A DNA stretch of 11,931 nt from Pedosphaera sp. (GTDB lineage Bacteria; Verrucomicrobiota; Verrucomicrobiia; Limisphaerales; SIBH01), in the NCBI GenBank assembly GCA_031414955.1, contig JANOQV010000261.1, positions 1-11,931 on the forward strand. Reading direction: 5' to 3'. Both the position numbers and the translations under genes were made by a program. The notes under the pieces were generated by a model. It made no database searches, was not told the origin of the DNA, and saw only the letters and a program-made list of their open reading frames with translations. Shown piece after piece: positions 7,478 through 11,931 of the stretch. How positions within the stretch are numbered: position 1 is the first letter of the stretch; each line of letters opens with the position of its first letter.

Positions 7478-8686
7478 ATGCGCGGGGACGTTGACCTCAA
7501 GGAAATCAAGCCGCTCCGATTTACGGGGCGCGTGCGGCAGATCACCCTCGTGGTGGTCGTGCTGACGGTGGTGAACTTCGCGACCTGGCGTTACTTGACC
7601 CATCCGCCCAAACCCTGGCTGGTGCGATGGAAACTCGATCGCTATCTCAAGAGCCAGTCCCACGCGAGCCACTTCAAGGTGGAGTTCCCATTTCCATCCA
7701 AGGCCGAAATGGCTCCGCCCCAAGGCAAATCCGGCGGCGAGGTTGGGCCGCTCAAAGGATCGCGTACCGGCAAGGATTTCGAGGCCTTGCGCGAGGAATA
7801 CATGCCGCTCAAGTTGGCGGCTCTCCGCCTCGAACGCGGCATCGTCCAGGGCGAGACGGAGTTGAAGGCGAACGCGCCGAAGCTCGAAGCCCTCGCCCGC
7901 CAGATCGCTGAGACCCAGACGGCGACGGAGGCGGAAAAGCTCACCAGCCTGCAATCCAATCTCACCAGCCTGCGCGCGCAACAAGTCGCCACGGAGAAAC
8001 TCGCCGCCCGTCGTCCTGAGCTGCTAAACCAAGAGCAGGCGCTGGTCCCCCTCCTGGACGATCTCTGGGCGTTTCAAGCCCGGGTGAAGACCGAGGCCGC
8101 CAGTTCCGCCTCGGCGCTGGTTCAAGCCCGAGATCGGTTGACCCAGAGCGCGGAGGAGAAACTCTCCGGAGCCTCCAGCTACGAAGGCATGTATCGCGTC
8201 ATCGGCGAGGAGTTGTTCGTGGCCAGGGGGTTGTTGGCGAGCGGCAACCCGGAACATCGCAAGCAGGGCGTGAACCTGGCCTTCACCGCCAGCCGCCACG
8301 CTTCGGGCTACGCCATGAATGGCACCGTCGCCGCGCGCATCTGCGAGGGCTACATCCTGCCCAACCTGGATCTCGCCACCGAGTCCAACCGTCGCTCGAC
8401 GTTTAACGAGCAGACCTTCGTGGAACAATGCGCCAACATTTTCCAGCGCAACAGCGAGTCTGAAAACGTGTTGATGACCTACCAACGCGCGTTGGACAAA
8501 GCCCAGAAAGCCCAGAACCCGGCGCAAGCCGATTGGGCCCGCTCTCAGATGGCCATGTCCTATGAGCAAAGCGGCCAGCCTAAAATGGCAGTGACGATGA
8601 TCCAGGAGATTAAAGACACCAACAGCTACCGCGGATTGCTCCGCCGCCTGCCGCGACTGAAGCAGGACGCCGCCATGGCCAAGTGA
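7478..8686 (+). CDS. Hypothetical membrane-anchored protein with coiled-coil and TPR-like helical C-terminus
   Basis: Long ORF with coding-like codon usage; single TM 'ITLVVVVLTVVNFATW'; coiled-coil-like segment; C-terminal helix pairs. Start is 7478 or 7436. Confidence 0.75.
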   Translation: MRGDVDLKEIKPLRFTGRVRQITLVVVVLTVVNFATWRYLTHPPKPWLVRWKLDRYLKSQSHASHFKVEFPFPSKAEMAPPQGKSGGEVGPLKGSRTGKDFEALREEYMPLKLAALRLERGIVQGETELKANAPKLEALARQIAETQTATEAEKLTSLQSNLTSLRAQQVATEKLAARRPELLNQEQALVPLLDDLWAFQARVKTEAASSASALVQARDRLTQSAEEKLSGASSYEGMYRVIGEELFVARGLLASGNPEHRKQGVNLAFTASRHASGYAMNGTVAARICEGYILPNLDLATESNRRSTFNEQTFVEQCANIFQRNSESENVLMTYQRALDKAQKAQNPAQADWARSQMAMSYEQSGQPKMAVTMIQEIKDTNSYRGLLRRLPRLKQDAAMAK

Positions 8687-8768
8687 CAGCTCGGCGAAAA
8701 GCAGATTGAGGTTCCCTCCTGTCTCGCGGCGCGAGGCTTCCCATCCTTGATTCGTCCCGCACCACCCA

Positions 8769-8802
8769 GGGAAAAGCTCCCCAGAATTGGGGAACCTTTC
8801 CC
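8769..8802. promoter_or_regulatory. Imperfect palindrome, candidate transcription-factor site
   Basis: GGGAAAAGCTCCCCA-GAAT-TGGGGAACCTTTCCC; core TCCCCA-N4-TGGGGA. Confidence 0.4.
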
Positions 8803-8952
8803 CACCGCTGCCAAGCGACGATCGAGGAAGATTCCACGCCGCGCGTGTTTTACATCGTGGGAAGGTTTATCGGACGGGGGCAACGATGTCCCTCGTTGGA
8901 GATGGGCGTTTATTTGGTGTCGGTCGTTGGTCTTTGATGTTTAATCCGCTCC

Positions 8953-9627
8953 ATGTTCAAACCGGCAGACCTGTTCGACCTCAGCCAGTGCGAGCACGCC
9001 GCCCTTTTCGACGGCTGTGAACACGCCTGGGACGCGCTGAAAAAGATTAAACCCTACCTCGCCCAAAACGTGCGCCCGGCCCTGCACAACAAGTGCCTCG
9101 GCCGCGCCTGGATTGCCGACAATGTTTTTATTGGCGAAGGCACGGTGATTGAGGATGGCGTGATGATCAAAGGCCCGGCCATCATCGGCCGTAATTGCCA
9201 GCTCCGCCACAACGCCTACCTGCGCGAGGACGTCATCATCGGCGACGGCTGCGTGATCGGGAACTCGTGTGAGTTTAAGAACGCGCTGCTTTTCAACCAC
9301 GCCCAGGTGCCGCATTTCAGTTACGTGGGTGATTCCATTCTGGGCTACAAGGCCCACCTTGGCGCAGGGGTGAAGATTTCCAACCTCAAGCTCACCCCGG
9401 GCAACATCGCTCTCGAATGGGAGGGCAAGACCATCGACACCGGTCTCCGCAAATTCGGCGCGATGATCGGTGACCGCACCGAGGTCGGCTGCAACGCCGT
9501 GCTCAATCCCGGCACCGTGTTGGGACGAGACGCGCTCATCTACCCGAATACCAACTGGCGCGGCGTGCTGCCGGCCAGGCACATCGCCAAGAACCGGGCC
9601 ACGGTCGAAGTATCCGCGCGCCGGTAA
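8953..9627 (+). CDS. Stand-alone GlmU-like hexapeptide-repeat (left-handed beta-helix) acetyltransferase, probable glucosamine-1-phosphate N-acetyltransferase
   Basis: Hexapeptide repeats plus 'HFSYVGDSILG', 'HLGAGVKISN' and 'TGLRKFGAMIGD.TEVGCNAVLNPG', typical of the archaeal-type GlmU C-terminal domain. No nucleotidyltransferase domain. Confidence 0.85.
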   Translation: MFKPADLFDLSQCEHAALFDGCEHAWDALKKIKPYLAQNVRPALHNKCLGRAWIADNVFIGEGTVIEDGVMIKGPAIIGRNCQLRHNAYLREDVIIGDGCVIGNSCEFKNALLFNHAQVPHFSYVGDSILGYKAHLGAGVKISNLKLTPGNIALEWEGKTIDTGLRKFGAMIGDRTEVGCNAVLNPGTVLGRDALIYPNTNWRGVLPARHIAKNRATVEVSARR

Positions 9628-9759
9628 GCGTGTGCTGCGGAAGCCGGAAAGAAGTGCTTTCCAGGGCGTGCGCCGGTGATTTGCCCCGCACGGAACCTGT
9701 TTCGGCAGAACGTCCCGCCCGGTTGGCCCCGCTGCACCTTCTAGGGACGACTTGCTCCG

Positions 9760-9944
9760 CAGGGCAGACGCATCAAAATGTTTGGTTCCACGGGCTAAAA
9801 CCCAAATCCCAAATAAGCTCTCAATTCCAAACTCCCATGGGCGTGCGAACGCCTGGTTTTGGAATTTGGGGCGTTGGAATTTATTTGGGATTTGGCTTTT
9901 GAGTTTTCGTGCGAAACACCGCGAAATTAGATGCGTCTGCCCTG
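9760..9944. mobile_element. 185-bp MITE with ISAs1-like ends and 10-bp target-site duplication
   Basis: TIRs CAGGGCAGACGCATC (9760-9774) and GATGCGTCTGCCCTG (9930-9944); direct repeat ACTTGCTCCG at 9750-9759 and 9945-9954; no transposase ORF. Confidence 0.9.
9797..9907. repeat. Inverted heptamer-array element inside the MITE
   Basis: Left AACCCAA-ATCCCAA-ATAA-GCTCTCA-ATTCCAA-ACTCCCA; right TTGGAAT-TTGGGGC-G-TTGGAAT-TTAT-TTGGGAT-TTGGCTT-TTGAGTT. Perfect 15-bp pairing of 9802-9816 with 9881-9895; apical GGCGT-GCGA-ACGCC hairpin. Confidence 0.85.
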
Positions 9945-9963
9945 ACTTGCTCCGGCACATCGA

Positions 9964-9992
9964 TTGACAGGTCCGAACCGCTCCTCAATCCT
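9964..9992 (+). promoter_or_regulatory. Candidate sigma70 promoter of the fumarase genes
   Basis: TTGACA (9964-9969), 17-nt spacer, weak -10 AATCCT (9987-9992), ATG 8 nt later with no SD sequence. Confidence 0.45.
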
Positions 9993-10000
9993 CACCGGCG

Positions 10001-10879
10001 ATGTCTGTATTGCAGGAGTCGCTAGTGGAGTTGATTCGTCGCACGTCCGCGGAAATCCCGGAGGACGTCCATGCGGCCATTCTGCGTTCGCTGGAGGAGG
10101 AGAAGAAGGGGACGATCGCCGAGTCGGCGATGAAGATCATCCAGCGCAACATCGAGCTGGCGAAACAGAAGTCCCAACCCATCTGCCAGGACACGGGCAG
10201 CATCCTGTTTTACGTAGATTACCCGGTGGGCTTGGACCAGATCAGCTTCGAGGAGACGGCTCGTGAAGCCGTGAAGCTGGCCACCAAGAAGGGTTACCTG
10301 CGCCAGAATTCGGTGGACTCGATCACGGGCCGGAACGACGGCACCAATGTTGGCCCGGGCGCGCCCGCGCTCCATTTTCACCAGCATCGCTCGCCGGAAG
10401 TGACCGTCCGCTTGGTGCTGAAGGGCGGCGGCTGCGAGAACGTCGGCGCGCAGTATTCGTTGCCCGCCGAAAAACTCCACGCCAACCGGGATCTCGACGG
10501 CTGCCGCAAGGTCATCCTCGACGCCGTGCTCCAGGCGCAAGGCAAAGGCTGCGGCCCGGGCATTCTGGGCGTGTGCATCGGCGGCGACCGCGCCACGGGC
10601 TATGAGTTTTCGAAGAAACAATTCCTGCGGTTGTTGACGGATCGAAATCCAGTGCCGGAGCTGGATGCGCTGGAGCAGGACATCCTGAAAACCGCGAACG
10701 AGCTGGGCATCGGGCCGATGGGCTTCGGCGGCAAGACGACCTTGCTGGGGGTGAAGATTGGCGCGGCCAACCGGGTGCCGGCGTCCTTCTTTGTCAGCAT
10801 CAGCTACATGTGCTGGGCTTATCGCCGCCAAGGTGTGCGGCTCGACGCCCAACAGCAAATCGCCGGCTGGCTTTATTGA
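10001..10879 (+). CDS. fumA: Class I (Fe-S) fumarate hydratase, alpha/N-terminal part (FumA/TtdA family)
   Basis: Motifs 'PICQDTG', 'LRQNSVD', 'KGGGCEN', 'CGPGILGVCIGG', 'ELGIGPMGFGGKTT' and 'CWAYRR' with cluster-binding Cys residues. Confidence 0.92.
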   Translation: MSVLQESLVELIRRTSAEIPEDVHAAILRSLEEEKKGTIAESAMKIIQRNIELAKQKSQPICQDTGSILFYVDYPVGLDQISFEETAREAVKLATKKGYLRQNSVDSITGRNDGTNVGPGAPALHFHQHRSPEVTVRLVLKGGGCENVGAQYSLPAEKLHANRDLDGCRKVILDAVLQAQGKGCGPGILGVCIGGDRATGYEFSKKQFLRLLTDRNPVPELDALEQDILKTANELGIGPMGFGGKTTLLGVKIGAANRVPASFFVSISYMCWAYRRQGVRLDAQQQIAGWLY

Positions 10880-11455
10880 ATGATTTCGCTCACCACACCC
10901 TTCACCGAAGAAAAGATTCGCGCCCTGAAAGTGGGCGATGAGGTCGGCCTCAGTGGCATCGTCTTCACCGGCCGCGACGCCGTGCACAAGTATCTGCACG
11001 AAGGTGGCACCCTGCCGCCCGAGGTGAACTTGCGCGAGGGCATCCTCTATCATTGCGGCCCGGTGGTGCTGAAGGATGAGCACGGCCAGTGGCGCGTGAC
11101 GGCGGCCGGACCGACCACTTCCATCCGCGAGGAGCCTTATCAGGGGGAGATCATCGGGAAATTCGGCGTGCGCGCGGTCATCGGCAAAGGTGGCATGGGC
11201 GAAAGAACCCTGGCCGCGTGCCAGCAGTTCGGCTGTGTGTATCTGCACGCCATTGGGGGGGCGGCGCAGGTGCTGGCCGAGTGCATCAAGAGCGTGCGCG
11301 GTGTTTATTTCGCCGAGGAGTTCGGCGCGCCCGAGGCCATCTGGGAGTTGGAGGTGGAAAATTTTCCAGCCGTGGTGACGATGGATGCGCATGGCAATTC
11401 CCTGCACCGCGACGTGCTGGCCACCAGCAGCGCAGCCCTGCAACTGAGGTTGTAG
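10880..11455 (+). CDS. Class I fumarate hydratase, beta/C-terminal part (FumA-C/TtdB family)
   Basis: 'LKVGDEV.LSG..FTGRDAVH', 'YHCGP', 'AGPTTSIR', 'IGKGGMG', 'EFGAPEAIW', 'MDAHGNSL'. Confidence 0.92.
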   Translation: MISLTTPFTEEKIRALKVGDEVGLSGIVFTGRDAVHKYLHEGGTLPPEVNLREGILYHCGPVVLKDEHGQWRVTAAGPTTSIREEPYQGEIIGKFGVRAVIGKGGMGERTLAACQQFGCVYLHAIGGAAQVLAECIKSVRGVYFAEEFGAPEAIWELEVENFPAVVTMDAHGNSLHRDVLATSSAALQLRL

Positions 11456-11613
11456 AACACCGCTGGCCACCAGCCTCCTGCACCCACCAGCGGGGGGGGA
11501 TCACCCAAGCATCCAGCCGCGTGGTTGGGACGTCGCCGTCCCCAGCCGCATCATTCTAGATCTTGGCAAATCTGTTCGGAAGCACCCGCCAGAGGCAGGG
11601 CGCGGACTCCTAA

Positions 11614-11931
11614 GGAAACGCTGATTTAATCCACTGGTTTTCGATTTGTTACAGACGGCGAGGTGGGTGTTTTCTAAACTGCATGGCATGACCCACCAGA
11701 GCAGTTTTGCCCAAGCCGAGTTTGCGGATAAGAAGAAGACCACCCGGCGCGAGAAGTTCCTCGCGCGCATGGAGGAAGTCATCCCGTGGTCCAAGCTGCT
11801 GGCGGTCATTGCGCCGCATTATCCCAGGGGCAAGCGCGGACGTCCGCCCATCGGTCTGGAACGGATGCTGCGCGTCTATTTCCTCCAGCAATGGTATGCG
11901 CTGGCCGACGAAGCCCTCGAAGACGCCCTCT
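11614..11931 (+). mobile_element. IS5-family (IS5 subgroup) insertion sequence, left end
   Basis: CTAA (11610-11613; YTAR target) followed by GGAAACGCTGATTTA, an IS5-like IR start, and then a transposase ORF. The right end lies outside the window. Confidence 0.85.
11688..11931 (+). CDS. IS5-family transposase, N-terminal fragment (truncated by the window end)
   Basis: Manual translation MTHQSSFAQAEFADKKKTTRREKFLARMEEVIPWSKLLAVIAPHYPRGKRGRPPIGLERMLRVYFLQQWYALADEALEDAL closely parallels the N-terminus of E. coli IS5 InsH. Absent from the ORF track because it has no stop in the window. Confidence 0.93.
   Translation, partial: MTHQSSFAQAEFADKKKTTRREKFLARMEEVIPWSKLLAVIAPHYPRGKRGRPPIGLERMLRVYFLQQWYALADEALEDAL

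Noticed and set aside
8941..9960. 339-aa - strand ORF as a transposase for the MITE
   Set aside because: Mostly antisense to the GlmU-like gene and running through the repeat; no DDE or ISAs1 motifs.
10022..11470. 482-aa - strand ORF
   Set aside because: Antisense shadow of the in-frame fumarase ORFs caused by high-GC codon bias.

Overview
GC-rich bacterial window; the gene set and style suggest Verrucomicrobiota/PVC (inference). In order: 3' part of an FtsX-type ABC permease; a secreted beta-rich hypothetical protein; a beta-CASP metallo-beta-lactamase RNase (-); a DUF4412-like secreted protein (-); a PL11 rhamnogalacturonan lyase (-); a Gly-rich Spy/CpxP-like protein (-); a membrane-anchored helical hypothetical protein; a stand-alone GlmU-like left-handed beta-helix acetyltransferase; a two-ORF class I fumarate hydratase; and the left end of an IS5-family element cut by the window edge. 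The most interesting signals are non-coding. (1) A 185-bp MITE with perfect 15-bp TIRs and a 10-bp target-site duplication (9760-9944). (2) A family of inverted 7-mer-array elements: one inside the MITE, one translated in frame as the signal peptide of a secreted protein, and one probable degenerate solo arm. (3) A structured intergenic RNA candidate with its own + strand terminator, divergent from the beta-CASP RNase. (4) Back-to-back ECF-sigma-like promoters.
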